A DNA stretch of 63,335 nucleotides, the filler included, from Reclinomonas americana ATCC 50394 (lineage: Eukaryota), in NCBI GenBank assembly GCA_048213135.1. It is 14 parts of 14 records of this genome, joined end to end, with 100 filler letters (N's around TTAATTAATTAA, not from the genome) between each part and the next. Parts side by side here need not be neighbours in the genome. Positions count along the whole stretch, not along the records: positions 45,465 to 54,024 come from AFZH01019254.1; positions 54,125 to 63,335 come from AFZH01019255.1; 12 more parts are not named here. The stretch is one strand, 5' to 3'. A program made the translations under genes and the position numbers. The notes beneath the pieces were generated by a model that saw nothing but the letters and a program-made list of their open reading frames with translations, did no database searches and was not told where the DNA came from. Numbering within the stretch: the first letter of the stretch is position 1; each line of letters begins with the position of its first letter. Shown piece after piece: positions 47,181 to 60,126 of the stretch.

Positions 47181-48212
47181 TTACCACCCAGGCGCCCGCC
47201 GTTCAATCACCCTTGCATCCTCCAACACAAAACACTGCATCACGACATCGACCAGGATCCAGTCGTGGTCGTCCTCTTCTTCTGCAATCATCTCGTTGAC
47301 GGCCACTACGGCCGACCTTGCGGCGGCAGTCTCCTGTCCAGCGAGTCCGCGCGGCGACGACCACATTCGTGCAGTCATGTCATGGCCACCACTCAGGATG
47401 TGCTGACAGTCGGGAGTGACAGCGACAGACATCACCAAAGCAGTGTGTCCTTGCAGCTGATGCAACTCTTCTCCGCTCGCCAGCGACCACACGCGCACTG
47501 TCCGATCCTCGCTACCACTCACCACATGCAGACCATCCGGAGTCATGGCGACACACCACACTGACTGAGTGTGCCCTTCAAGTCGTCGCACCTCTTCTCC
47601 AGACGCCAGCGCCCACACTCGCAGCGTCTTGTCTAAGCTTGCACTCACGACGTGTTGACCATCGGGTGTGGCGGCAACAGATAGCACCCAAGTGTGCCCC
47701 TCCATCCGTCGCACTTGTTCACCAGTCGCCAAACGCCACACACGAACAGTGTCATCCCAACTGCCACTCACAATGTGATGCCCGTCAGAAACGATGGCAA
47801 CAGAAGACACCCAGTTGGTGTGTCCCTCCATCAGTTGCACCTGCTTTCCACTCGCCAGTGACCACACTCTCACAGTCCTGTCATAACTGCCGCTCACGAC
47901 GTGTAGCCCGTCGGGGGTGACGGCGACAGACATCACACCACCAGTGTGCCCCTCCAGCTGTCGCACTTCTTCACCACTCGCCAGAGACCACACCCGCACA
48001 ATCGAGTCCTTGCTCCCACTCACAGCGACCTGACTGTCGGGAGTGACGGCAACACATCGCACGAATTCCTTGTGTCCCCTCAACTGTCGCACTTCTTCTC
48101 CACCTGCCACGCTCCACACTCGCAATATCTCGTCATGACCGCCACTCAAAACGTGTCGACCGTCGGGTGTGACGGCGACACAATACACAGCAAATGGGTG
48201 CGTCCCCAAGAT
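47181..48212 (-). CDS. 7-bladed WD40 protein (copy 5), intact main exon; first exon not located
   Basis: Seven WD repeats and the same tail. Confidence 0.88.
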   Translation of the reverse strand: MLGTHPFAVYCVAVTPDGRHVLSGGHDEILRVWSVAGGEEVRQLRGHKEFVRCVAVTPDSQVAVSGSKDSIVRVWSLASGEEVRQLEGHTGGVMSVAVTPDGLHVVSGSYDRTVRVWSLASGKQVQLMEGHTNWVSSVAIVSDGHHIVSGSWDDTVRVWRLATGEQVRRMEGHTWVLSVAATPDGQHVVSASLDKTLRVWALASGEEVRRLEGHTQSVWCVAMTPDGLHVVSGSEDRTVRVWSLASGEELHQLQGHTALVMSVAVTPDCQHILSGGHDMTARMWSSPRGLAGQETAAARSAVVAVNEMIAEEEDDHDWILVDVVMQCFVLEDARVIERRAPGW

Positions 48213-48599
48213 CTGCAACCAACTTGCTGTGTGAGTTTGCTGCGCAATGAACACCAAGCAAGGGCGCACGCGCACAAAGAGACAGAGAGAGCGAAAGTGA
48301 GAAGGGAAAGGGAATGAGTGAATGGGCGTGAGACTGACGAGAGGGAGTGCTGTCTCTCAATATGTACATGTGTGTGTGTGTGTGTAGTGTGTGTGGTGAG
48401 TGATGGCAGCAAGTGAATCAGCGAGTGAGCCAGTGAGCACGACAGGAAGTAAGCCATTGAATGAGTGTATCTCTCAAGGTGTGTATGTGTGTCTATGCAT
48501 GCCTCTCTCTCACACACACACACTATTCTCTTTCATTCTCATGTGCACTGCACTGTCTTTCACGCACTCACTCATTCGCTTAATAGATGGCGAAACGCC

Positions 48600-49345
48600 T
48601 GCATGTCCTCACTCTCTCACCCTTCACTTCCATTCTCTCGCTCTTCTCCTTCACACTCACTCACTCTCTCACTCTCTCACACTCACACTCACTCAAACTC
48701 ACTCACTCTTCACTTCCTTTCTCTTACTCATCTCCCTCACTCACACTCTCTCTTCTTTACTCTTACTTTTCTCCCTCACACTCACTCAAACTCACTCACT
48801 CTGCACTTCCTTTCTCTCGCTCTTCTTCTTCACACTCGTTCACTCTTCTTTCCTCTCACTCTTCTCACTCACTCTCTCCCTCTCACACTCACTCAAACTC
48901 ACTCACTCTTCACTTCCTTTCTCTCGCTCTTCTCCCTCTCTCATTCACGCTCTTCTCCCTCACACTCACTCACTCACTCTTCACTTCCTTTCTCTCGCTC
49001 TTCTCCCTCACACACTCACTCTGCACTTCTTTTCTCTCGCTCTTCTTCACACTCGTTCACTCTTCTTTCCTCTCACTCTTCTCTCGCTCTTCTCCCTCAC
49101 ACTCACTCACCTCTCACACTCAAACTCACTCTCTTCTTTACTCTTACTTTTCTCCCTAACACTCACTAAAACTCACTCGCTCTCTTCTCTCACTCTTCTC
49201 TCGCTCTTCTCCTCTCATTCACACTCTTCCTTCCTCTCGCTCTTCTCCCTCACTCACTTCCTTTCTCTTACTCATCTCCCTCACACTCACTCACTCACTC
49301 TCTTCTTTCCTCTCACCCTTCTCTCCCCCACTCTCTCTCTCTCTC
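48600..49345. repeat. Degenerate CT/CA-rich tandem repeat
   Basis: Recurrent ctcactcaaactcactcactcttcacttcctttctctcgctcttctc units. Confidence 0.8.
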
Positions 49346-49436
49346 CCACCTTTGCTGCCATCGCGTGACAAGTACGTAAAACGCGTTTGATGCGTTGTCC
49401 TGTCAGACAACTCCCGTCTTATCCCCTCCTCCACAC

Positions 49437-50914
49437 ATGGCCAGCACCCGCATCAAACCCTGGGAACGCGACAATCGCCTCCTCCTCTCCTCCTCCTCCT
49501 CCTCCTCCTCCTCCTCCTCCTCCTCTCACCATCGCCGACCGCACTCCGTTCTCCCGCCCACCACACACCAACTTCGCACCAACAGCAGCACAATGCCGAA
49601 CATTGATCATCGCGACTTGAGCGCCCCTCAACGCCGCTTTCGCTCAGTCCGCGATGAGTTTCATAGTCGATACGGAAGCACCAATGCTCCTTCGCCCATC
49701 ACTGCTCCTCCTCCTCCTGTTGTGACGACAGGAGGCCGACCTGTAATGGTTCCGGCATTGGACGCGCAGTTGCAAGGACACGAGGGCGCAGTGGAGGTCT
49801 CGCCACCTGCTGTACAGTTGACGCAGGCGACTAGGCGACTCGCGGGCACTGCGGCAGCAGCAGAGGAGGAGCGCGTTGGGGATGCACGCGTGGTGCTGGA
49901 GCTGGCCGCTGCAGCGCACATGGAGCGACAAAAGATGGAGGAACGGTACTTGTCTTGTCTCCCTCCCATCTCACGTGCCTGTAGTCTGTTCACTGATGCC
50001 TTTGCTGCGTTGTTAGGCATCGCCGACTGGCCATTCGTGAGGCCTTTCACCGGCTGCAGCTCGAGTATACGCCCAACGTGCAGCGATGGCGATGGTTGAC
50101 GGTGCTGGCCAGTGTGCGCGAGGAAACGGCAGTGGAGCACTTTGTGGCGTTTGTGCGCGAGCGCCCGCTCCTGGCGCACTACCTACTCGAGGCGGCGACG
50201 CAGTCGGTGGAGCTGTGCGTCGACGGCTATGCGCTGCTGGGGGAGATGCGCGGGGAGGAGTGGCGGCTGGGCGAGGTGGCGGTCTGTGATGCGCTGTTGC
50301 GAGTCATGGTTGATGCGGCTGGTGCGGCGGTCGTCGTGTCGCGTGCGCTGTTACCCAATGAGGAGCAGTCGGAGCGGCGTGCGCAGCGTCGGCGGGCCAT
50401 TCGCGAGGCCGAGGAGCAGTGGGAGGCGGAGTGCGAGGTGTGGCCGACGCGCTCCACGTGGGAGCACATGGCGCGGTATGCGCGGCGGGAGCACGAGTGG
50501 CGTGCGCTGGAGGAGACGGTGCGGCGCACGGGTATGCCGGTGGAGCAGTTTCGCGAGATGGTGGAGCAGGAGATTCGCCGCCGCACCGAGGCCGCGCGAC
50601 GCATGTGGCGTGTGGTGGAGGGCGAGCGCGCGACGTTTTCGTTTGCCACCCAGCCGCCGCGCGTCGAGTTGGACAGTGAGCTGATGAGTGGCGTGCACAC
50701 CGTGTCGCTGGCGGTGGCCGAGCAGTGCAATGTGGCCGAGGACTGGGTGCTGGCGGCGTTCACGGTCGCCGAGGTGCGCGAGTTGTATGCCGGGCTTCTT
50801 GGTGGCAATGGTGTGCGAGAAGAAGTGCACCAGCGACTTGGGTTGGTGGAGGCGGCGCGATTTGCGCGGTGGTATTTGGAGGAGGCGGTGGGCCCGCCCA
50901 TGTTGCCGAGGAGG
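49437..50914 (+). CDS. Hypothetical helical protein (3' exons uncertain, possibly to about 52050)
   Basis: Two long GC-rich exons join through an intron at about 49946-50016. No domain recognised. Confidence 0.6.
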
Positions 50915-50974
50915 GTGTGTTGTGGGAAGGGATGGGAGAAGGGAGAAGAAAGAGGAGAAGGGGCGGGAAGGGAG

Positions 50975-51735
50975 GGAAAGGAGGTGTCGCCGCATGACTT
51001 GCACACTCTTCTCGTATCTTCTGTGTTCAATACGCTCTTGGTGGAGGGGGAAGGGAGAAAGGAGGCTCACCGACCTCGCTGTATGACTTGCACACTTTCT
51101 TTTCATCTTCTTGTGTTTCAACACGATTTCGGTGGTAGGGGAAGGGAGAAGGGAGGCTTGCCGACATCGCTGTGTGACTTGCACACTTTCTTTTCATCTT
51201 CTTGTGTTTCAACACGCTCTCGGTGGAAGGGGAGGCTCGCCAACCTCGCTGCGTGACTTGTTTCTCTCATCTTTTCGTGCCCAACACTATCTCTGTGAAA
51301 GGGAAAGGGAGAAAGGAGGCTCGCCGACCTCGCCACTTGCCTTGCACACTTTCTCTTTCATCTTTCTGTGTTTCAACACGATCTCAGTGGAAGGGAGAAG
51401 GTGAAGGGCATTCCAACCTGACCGCATGACTTGCACGCTTTCTTTTCATCATCTTGTGTTTCAGCACGATCTTGGTGGATGAAGAAAGAGGAAGGAAGGC
51501 TCACCGACCTCACTGCATGACTTGCACACGGTTTCTCATCCTTTTGTGTTTCTACGCGATCTTTGTGGAAGTGGAAGGGGGAAGGGACGCTCACCAATCT
51601 GGGCTTTGCACAATTTCTCTCAAGTTTTGTGTTCAACACGCTCTTGGTAGAAGGGGAAGGAGAAAGGAGGCTCATCGACCTGGGCGCATGACTTGCACAC
51701 TCTCTTTCCTCTTTTTGTGATCGGAAGGGGGCAAG
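50975..51735. repeat. Approximately 85-bp intronic tandem repeat, about 8 copies
   Basis: Unit aaggaggctcaccgacctc...atgacttgcacact...tgtgtttcaacacg is repeated. Confidence 0.85.
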
Positions 51736-52220
51736 GTCAGGCACGCCGTTGCGAAGAGACAAGAGATAGAAAGAGGTGGAGCAGGCAGTGCGCAAGTGCA
51801 GATACTGTGGGCAGCGGATTGAGCGGAGATCGATGGTGGCCTGTGCAGCGTTGTTTCGTGTGCATTCACGTTCTTTCATTGACCCTTTGTGCACCAGGTA
51901 CCCCCGGCTGTCGGTGCAGGAGCTCCACAATCTGTTTTGTGAACTCCCAAGACGCGTACCGAATGCGCCTGGCGCTCGAAGCGGTTCCCCACGGCTGGAA
52001 TCGTGCCGGCCACAAGCGGATCGCCACTGCCAGTGGCTTGTTCTGAAGGGCCTTTGAATCATGATTACACGAGCCACTCATCGCGCTTGTTGACGCGCAC
52101 ATCTCATCGTGGTCCCCCTTTTTTCCTTTGGGACTTCAGTTTACTGCCTCGGGAGACTTCTCTAACAACACACAAAAAGAAGGCCAGGATGTGGTGGCGA
52201 CTTGTCAGTCGTCAACACGC

Positions 52221-52822
52221 TCAGAAGTAGGCGATCTCGTCGTCAGCACTGCGGCGTGAGAGAGTGAGTGAGCACGAGAAGGGAAGGTGAGGGATGAATG
52301 AGGAGATCTCCACGCAACGACTTGCCAGCCTGCAGCGAGTGCAGCGAGTGCGCACCGCCGAAATCGCGGAACACGCGCAGGTGCACGTGATCGGCGCCAG
52401 TGTTCACCTTGATGAAGAACTGCGTGCCAGAGAATGTGAGTGCCGAGAACGAAAACGGAGAGAAGCAACGTGTCAGCACAAAACGTTGGTGCCAGCGACC
52501 TGCGAAAAGCACAAGGTAAGATATGAGACGACAAATGAATGCAGAGGCACGTGGCGGGTAAGAAGCGAACCACTTGCGACGTGTACGAGACCGGCTCGTA
52601 CTTCTCGAAAGCGTGGCCAGCCTGGGCCTCAGCCTGTGGGGTGCGGGAAGAGGGGAAAATGAGAAAAGGAGGTGGGGAAGGAAGGGAGAAAGGGTAAAGG
52701 AGGAAGACAAGGAGACGGACAACGGGCAAGTGAGTTGCAACACACCTCGTGGCGCACTGCCTCCGCGGCCGCACGAGCGGCATCATCAATGGGCTTGGCC
52801 TCGCTAACTCCTCCGGCGCGCT
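52221..52822 (-). CDS. Type 1 cystatin (stefin-like cysteine protease inhibitor); start exon uncertain
   Basis: Spliced RAGGVSEAKP...YTSQV|VAGTN|FFIKV...HVHLRVF...GKS|ADDEIAYF*, containing the QVVAG motif. Confidence 0.9.
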
Positions 52823-52969
52823 CTGCAACAAAGAGAGAAGAGTGAGAAGAGGCACAGAGAGAGAGAGAGGGAAGAGAGGAGGGGGAAGGGACAGAGGGAG
52901 GAGAAAGAGAGAAGAGGCAGATTGGGAAGCAAGAGTGGCAAAGAGAAGAGGGGAGGGGCAGAGACCAGA

Positions 52970-53148
<179 letters not shown>

Positions 53149-53929
53149 TCGCTTTATGGAAGCAAGAGACATGTACGTTGAAACTGAAGATGATTTGAAC
53201 TGCAGGTACTCGTCGGCCACGCTTGCGGGCTGCACCGTGCGTTCGAGAGGCGCCACCGCACGACTCAAAGGTGAGCAGAATGAGGAGAGGATCGTGATGC
53301 GTGCTTTGTTGTGCAAAGAGAGCTCTGCCGTACTCACCACCGTTAACGCTTCGCAGCAATCGGTGCTCACAGCTGCCGCGTGTCGCGAGACGCTCGCCAG
53401 ACGGTCACGGAGAGAAGGTCCTCCACTGCCAGCTTCGGCGACGCAGGTGAGATGTCAAAATGACGAATCAGGGAATTATTGAGCCTTGACGTTTTTTTTC
53501 TCTCTGCACAGATACATCGATTCCGGCAGAGGGCGTACCATACGGCAGGATTTTAGGGTGTTGTAATTCAAGTGTATAACAAAATTTTATCAGTTTATGG
53601 TGACAAAAAACATGTGGGAGGTGTCTGCCGACTGACATATACTGCACACACACTGCATCGCTGCGTGTCCCCAATGCACAAGCAGCAGCTGTGGTGCACA
53701 ACAAAGACGTAGAGTGCACTGTGTTTGGCGCTCGACCACGCATCGGGGAAAAAAAAAGACAGGAGGTGCTGGAGTCCATTTTTGGGCGCATCACTTGTCC
53801 ATCGCGCTCTCACTCATCGAGCGATGCTGGAAGGCGCCGAGTGCATGCGGGTGCGAGTGGATGCCGGCATCGTCAGCGGATCATGGCGTGTGTGGCGCCA
53901 GCGCACAGTGGGCAGGAACAAAAATAGAT

Positions 53930-54010
53930 CGCGACCTGAAGGATTCGAACCTTCGCGTGTTGCCACAACGCCTTAGCAGGGCGCCGCCTTAACCACTCGG
54001 CCAAAGCCGC
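53930..54010 (-). tRNA. tRNA-Ser(GCT)
   Basis: Cloverleaf with GCGGCTT/AGGTCGC acceptor stem, anticodon loop CT-GCT-AA, long variable arm, GGTTCGAATCC T-arm and discriminator G. A TTTTT Pol III terminator lies at 53920-53924. Confidence 0.95.
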
Positions 54011-54195
54011 TGTTACGACTCACTNNNNNNNNNNNNNNNNNNNNNNNNNNNNNNNNNNNNNNNNNNNNTTAATTAATTAANNNNNNNNNNNNNNNNNNNN
54101 NNNNNNNNNNNNNNNNNNNNNNNNAAAGGGAGTCCCTTTCACCAAATTGTCCCAGCGGTCGGTCACTCGCGCACACAGACAGAGAGAGTGCGAGG

Positions 54196-57100
54196 ATGCT
54201 CTCGCTGTCTGTGGGCTTTCTGGAGACACTGGCCACTGGCCGCAGCATTGAGCGATTCCCTCCCAATGTCTATGCAGAGGTCTCTTGTCTCACGCACACA
54301 GAGTGAATATGCAACTCGTGTTTGCTCACACACACACAGGTTCGCAAGATCATTCCACTGCGTGCGCTGCTCGCTGGTCAAGGCGACTTGCTGTTGCGTG
54401 TTGCGTTTTGCTTGCACTTTTCCCTTGCTTTCGACTCTCACTTTCATGTGATTGATTGACAAGTCGCGGCTATCGGTATGCACTGGAGTTGACTGACCAG
54501 GCGCATTCGGTGCGAGTGCTGTTGCATCCGTCGCTGTCGAGTGTGGTTGAAGAGGGGCGACTCAGTGCCGGTGGATCTGTGCGACTGGAGGGCATCAATC
54601 GCACGTATGAGCTCAGTGGGCGACCGGTGACCGTGGTCACGCGCATGCATGTGGAACGCAGTGCGGCCGAGGCGACACCGTCGACAGAGATCTCACGACC
54701 ACGTGGTGGAGGGCGCGGTGCAGCATCGCAGCCGGTGTATGTGCCAAACAAGGCACTGGATGAGTTCCTCGATGGGCGCAGCGTCGCTGCCGAGAAGGCC
54801 GAGTTGTCGGATATTTTGTTTCCCTTTTCGTCCTCCTCCTCGTCGATGGCGTTGTCGTCCAAGGCCTCTGCAGCGGCACTATCACAAGCGCGGTGGGTGT
54901 CTTTGTTCCCGCTGTCCGCAGCGAGTGATGCTGAGCAGGGTTTGTTGCACAGGCCGGCAACGGCGGCGCATTTTGAATTGGTTCGTGCTCCTGCGGGCGA
55001 GCCAGCGCGATTGTTGCACGAGGAGGCACAGGCGGCGCGTCCTGCATCTGTTGCCGCGGCCATGACCACCGGTGGTGGCTCATCGCCTCGTCGTTGGGCC
55101 GAGCCGGGTCCGATGAAGTTGCCGCTGGCAGTCGCCAGCTCCATGGGTGCGTTCCTCATTGTTTGGTCTTCCCCGTCTTCAGAAACTGATGTGGTGGCGC
55201 AATCAGATACTGCGGTGCCACCATGGCGAGGTGGTGCACCGAGCGGCGTGACTGCTGCCGATCCGAGTTTGCGACGTGTGCAGTCGGATCGCGTGAGGAG
55301 CGAGTCGGTGCCGCCACCGCAGTCGCGCGAAGACAGCGACGACGGTGGCGCGGCGATGAATCGACTCCTCGCCAATGCCACGCCGCGGACTCGCAAGCGG
55401 TGGGATCAGCGAGCGACTGTGCGCGAGTTCCCAGTGCTGCAGCCTGTGGACATGAGCGAGCCAGCGGGCGGCAGCCTTGCTGTTCCCGACGAGAAACGAG
55501 CACCCAGTCCGGGATTGCAGGCCGACAGCGTGGCATTCCTGTTTGCACAAGGTCCGTTGGGGGATGCTTGCTGTGCTCCTTTTTCCTCATCACTGATGCT
55601 GCGCATGCAGCCCCTCCATCGCCGCGAGATCCCACTGCCAGTGTGATTGTGGCGGCTGGCGAGAGCGACGCCGACGACGATGGTGAGTGGAGCATTGCGA
55701 GTGACCAGGAATCGGCGGCGACTCCGGCGGGGGGCGCCAGTGTCGGTGGGTGAAGTGATTGCTCGTGCTCGTCCTGAAGCTCGTCTGTTCACATGATGCC
55801 AGGAACAGCGAGCTCAGCCACGGCCACGGCCACCACGACAGCCACCACCATCACCTCTACTGCTGCTGCTGGTGCACCATCAGTCGCACCACAATCCATT
55901 GCTGTGTCGACTCCACCGCCATTCTTGCCGCCTTTTGCACTGCCTGTGTCGGAATACGTATCCTCACCATCGAACGCTTCGGGTACGTCTTCTTTTCCAA
56001 CACCAGCAGTCCGTGTGTATTCCCTCTGCTGACAGCACCACAGGTGACGCATTCCCTGTCGTCTACGCCAGTGCGAACGGATCCAAGAGACCACACAGTG
56101 CCGGCACCAACGCCGCCCAGCACGCCAGGATGACGACCAACACCGCCGCCGCCGCGCGCAAGAGTGTCCGCGACGAACAGGAGGCTGCCGGCCAACCGCT
56201 GTCGGCCCGATCGCGGCGACTCATTGCAGAGTCGAGCGACAGCGAATCGGGCAAGTCGGGGAGTGCGAGCGCTCGCGGGCGCTTCACTCGCACACCGCGT
56301 GGATGGAGTGCCGAGCCGGAAGCCGGTGGCGCAGTGTTGCCGCCGAAGAAGCAAGTGCAGCAGTGGGAGAACACGCTGCGTGACAAGCGCACTGATTTGC
56401 GCGGCACACCGCTGCACATCAAGGAGGATCCGTTGCGTGTGGGCAAGCAGGATGAGGGGAGCCCTCCGTGGGACAAGTCGCAGGCAGAGCCGCCGGCACG
56501 CGTGCCCGGCTCACCCACACCGTCGAGCCCGCTCAGTGCGCGCAAGAGACCAGGAAGCGGTCGTACACCGGAAAAACAACAACAACAACAACGACAGGAG
56601 CAGCAGCGTGGGCCTAGTGCTCACCCAGATCAACAGCCGGGGCCGACAGCACCGACTGCAGCGCGGTCGTTGATGTACCAGGAGAACTCGGAGCCGCTGT
56701 TTACCGCTCACGAGGCTTTCAGCGTGCCACTGAGCATGCGCACGCAAATGTGGACTACGTCGCTGCGCGATCAGGATCTGCCGTCGTCGGCGTCGGCGGG
56801 TGCCACCGGCAGCTCCATGTCGCCGCGCATGAAGGGCACGTCACCGCCCCAGGCTGCAGCAGCTCCAGGCGCAGCACGTCCTGCTGTGCGTGCAACCGGT
56901 GTCACAAAGGGCTCACCGCCACCGCCGCCCACTGTCACCTCGCCGTCGTCGGCCACAAGTCCACCACCACCAGACGATGGAGTGCCCAGGTCGTCCAACC
57001 GCGCGCGTGCGCAATGGGATCGACCGGTGACGCCAGCCGTGCTGGAGCCGACGGAGAGCGTCAACAGCATGCGTGTGCCGCGACTCATGGAGGCGCCGAC

Positions 57101-59046
57101 GGCAACTCTGTCGGCCGTGGCTGCTGCACCGACGCCCACGTCGGCCACCACCACACTCACTGCTGCGTCGGCGGCGACTCGACGCGGCAAGGTGCGGAGT
57201 GCGAGTGCGCATCGTCGATCCTTCTCCGAGGCGCCCGCTCGTCGCACCGAGCCCGTCAGCTCCGTTCCCATGCCTGCGAATCCGCAACTGGTGCCCAACA
57301 GTGGCCGCAAGACCGCCCTGCACGTCACCGTCACCCGTCACTCCGCCGAGCGGGAGGCACTGACGGAGAGCGTCCCGCGAAAGGCGGCCACTGTGCGCGC
57401 CAACCCTCCAGCCAGTGCGCCTCCACCACCGCCGCCGCCACCACCAGCCCCGCTGCCGCCACTTGCCGACTTGAAGAAGGCCGGCGTGTCGGCAACCGCA
57501 GGTGACGACGGAGACGATGAGCGCGGCAGTGATTCGGGTGTGGACCCCACCGAGGAGCAGGACCGTGAACTGGCGGTGGCGTGGGATCGAGCACGACAGC
57601 TGCGTCAGGTGCTGGAGGTGACGCTGCCCAAGTCGCAGGCGGCAGCTCCGCCCGTGGTCGTCATGCCCACCAGCGTCTCGCTGCCGTCGTCGCCACCGCG
57701 TGCTGATCCGTGAGTCACTCGCCCTTCTTGCGGTGGAGCGTGTCGCAATTCGTCTCATTTTTGTGTGTTGCAACGCGCAGGGGAGCCGAAGCCGTGGGTT
57801 CGGTGGCTCGCATCGCACGGCAGGTGCGTACTCTGAAGGAGGAAAAGGCACGCGCGATCCAGCAGCTCATGGACGAGAGCACTGAGTGCGAGGCACTGGA
57901 GATGTGCAGTCGGTGCGTCTGTTTTCACAGGCATGCCTGCGCTTCTCGCATGACACAGTTTCTGCTTCTGCTCGGCAGTGAATTCGCGGAGTTGGCCAGC
58001 AGTGTCTCGCGGCGCATCGACCCGGCGCGGTTGGTGTACGACTGCCTGACGTTCCACGACACAATTTTGAGGAGGTTTGTTTGCGATGCGTGGGGGAGTC
58101 TCTCTCTCTCTCTCTCTGTGTGTTCACCAAGTCACGGTGCCGCAGAATACGCGCCTACGAGAGGCTGCTGGACCCGCAAAAACCGCCGTCGTCGAGTGAC
58201 GAGGGCGCGTCGGATACGGCAAGTGCAGCATCGAGCGAACCAGAGCGACCGGCTGTTGGGCCGGGCACTGCCGCTCTGTTGGCTGTCACACAACAACAGC
58301 AGCAGCAGCTGTTGCCGAAACGCCGACCGGCTGCCGGGTTGAGCAGCACGCCAACCGTGCGCTCAACACTGCCGGTGACGGCGACGACGACGGCGGCACA
58401 GCCGAGTGGCAAGTCCTCCAGCGGCGCAACGCGCAACCGCATGAGTCTCGGCTCTACGGCTCCGGCCGACATGCGCAAGCTCCTCCAGGCCGCGGCGGTG
58501 CAAGCGCCAGTGCCAGCTGCGTCCGCCGCTGCCCCTGCCCCCGCCACACCGCGAAGTGGGTGGCGAGCGCCGCCGGTGGTGGCCACCGACGAGTTGCTGG
58601 TGCAGTGGCGTGAGCTGGCGTGTGAGGTGGAGAAGTGGTTTGCCGTGTTTGTTTTGCAAGGGTGCTTGGGTACGGCGGCATCGCCCACCGGCAGTCCCGC
58701 TCCAGTGGTGCGTGTGCTTCTGCAGCCCTCCGTCGTTGCTTCTGCTGCTGTTGTGATAACCCTCTCTCTCTATTCGTGGCAGGACACGCAACGCTCGATG
58801 CTCTTTGCGCCGGGTGGGCGGCGACGTGCGCACACCGACATTGCGTCCATGCTGCAAGACTTGTCGCGCTGGGTCGACACTGTGTTCGCCCTGAGCATGC
58901 ACGAGGGCGAAAGCAAACTCTCCGGCCGCTCCCAGTCCGAGTCGCATTTCGAGCTGATGGTCAACCTGCGCGAAGCACTCTCTACCTGCTCCTCCTCCTC
59001 CTCCTCCGCCACTGCCGCAGCTTCCCTCCGCGCCGCGCCATCATGA
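54196..59046 (+). CDS. Large protein with N-terminal RPA70N-like OB fold, long Ser/Pro/Ala-rich region and helical C-terminus
   Basis: MLSLSVGFLETLATG...VRKIIPL...YRYALELTD...LLHPSLSSVVEEGRL...GRPVTVVTRMHV resembles Rep-A_N. Long exons follow to a TGA at 59046. Confidence 0.65.
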
Positions 59047-59116
59047 CAGTGTAACACCGAAGCGATTCCTTCACTCTTCCTCAGAGTGCAGTTCGTGGAT
59101 TTCTGCGTCTTCATGC

Positions 59117-60020
59117 TCAGCACTTGTCGTCTGCGCACCGGCGGGGTGGGATGAGTGAGTTACCAGCTGCGCAAACAGTGAACAGCGTGCAGCACGCACC
59201 ATGGAAGTCCCAGCGAGTCAGCTTGGGCGACCGATCGTAGCCGACCATGCTGACATATCTCGCGTCATCGGCCGGCCCCACCTTGCATCGCACGTGAGCA
59301 GAAGAGAAAAAAGAGACAAGGTGCAGAGGAGGAGGAGGAGGAGGAAGACCTTCTCTGTGGCCGACGAGAGCATGCTCTGCAGCGAGATGCACACCGAGGC
59401 CACTGTCAACACCGGACTCCACTCGTCGTACAGTGTCGACAGGCAAATGTGTCCATTCGAGTACACATGTGGCTGCGCAACACAAAAGAAGAAGAGTAAG
59501 GCTCTCTGGGTGGGAAGAGAGAGAGCACATATGTGAGTGTGTGTGCGCAACGTGTCGCGGTGGACTGCCCACAAACACCACCTCCGGACTGTCGACTGCA
59601 CAAGAGAGAAGAGAGAGTGAGAGTCTCATCCCTCTTGTCTCTCTTTCTCTCACCACACACTCACCCGGGTATTGATCACTGAAGCGGAAACGAACTCTGT
59701 GCGTGTAAGAAGAGTGTGAGTTGAGAGAGGAAGAGGAGGGAGTTGAGGAGAGACAGAGAGAGAGAGAGAATGAGTGCACAAGCGAACCTGAATGTTTCGT
59801 CCTCATACAGACTACCTGGTGCGCCGTGGATCCACACGTAGGCCTCGTCGGAGCGACCAGCAGGCACTGCCGACTGTGTGTGCATGTGAGTGACTGTGGG
59901 AGAGAGTGACACAAAGAGGCACACACACACACACACCTCGTCAATCTCAATGCCCTCTGGTGGCGACGAGCGCAGCTTGCCCAGCTCCTTCTCCAGTCTT
60001 CGATGCTTGAGGCCGCTCAT
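59117..60020 (-). CDS. UBE2W: Ubiquitin-conjugating enzyme E2 W
   Basis: RRLEKEL..., YP.DSPEVVF..., HPHVYSNGHICLSTLYDEWSPVLTVASVCISLQSMLSS..., TRWDFHDDKC*. Confidence 0.92.
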
Positions 60021-60126
60021 TCCGCTCTCTCGTTCCTCTTTTACGTGAGTTGTGGACGCACAGATGCAGGACGAAACTAGATTTTTGGTTTAATTATGAG
60101 AGAGTTCTCCTTCCTCGCTGCGCTGC

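Noticed and set aside
48400..49368. Long ORFs in CT/GA microsatellite regions (also 18503-19420, 42399-43497, 52205-53482)
   Set aside because: Stop-poor low-complexity sequence; the translations are simple repeats.
50975..51735. Regularly spaced repeats resembling a CRISPR array (also 40160-41120)
   Set aside because: The whole unit, including the apparent spacers, is homologous and degenerate. It lies in eukaryotic non-coding DNA with no cas genes.
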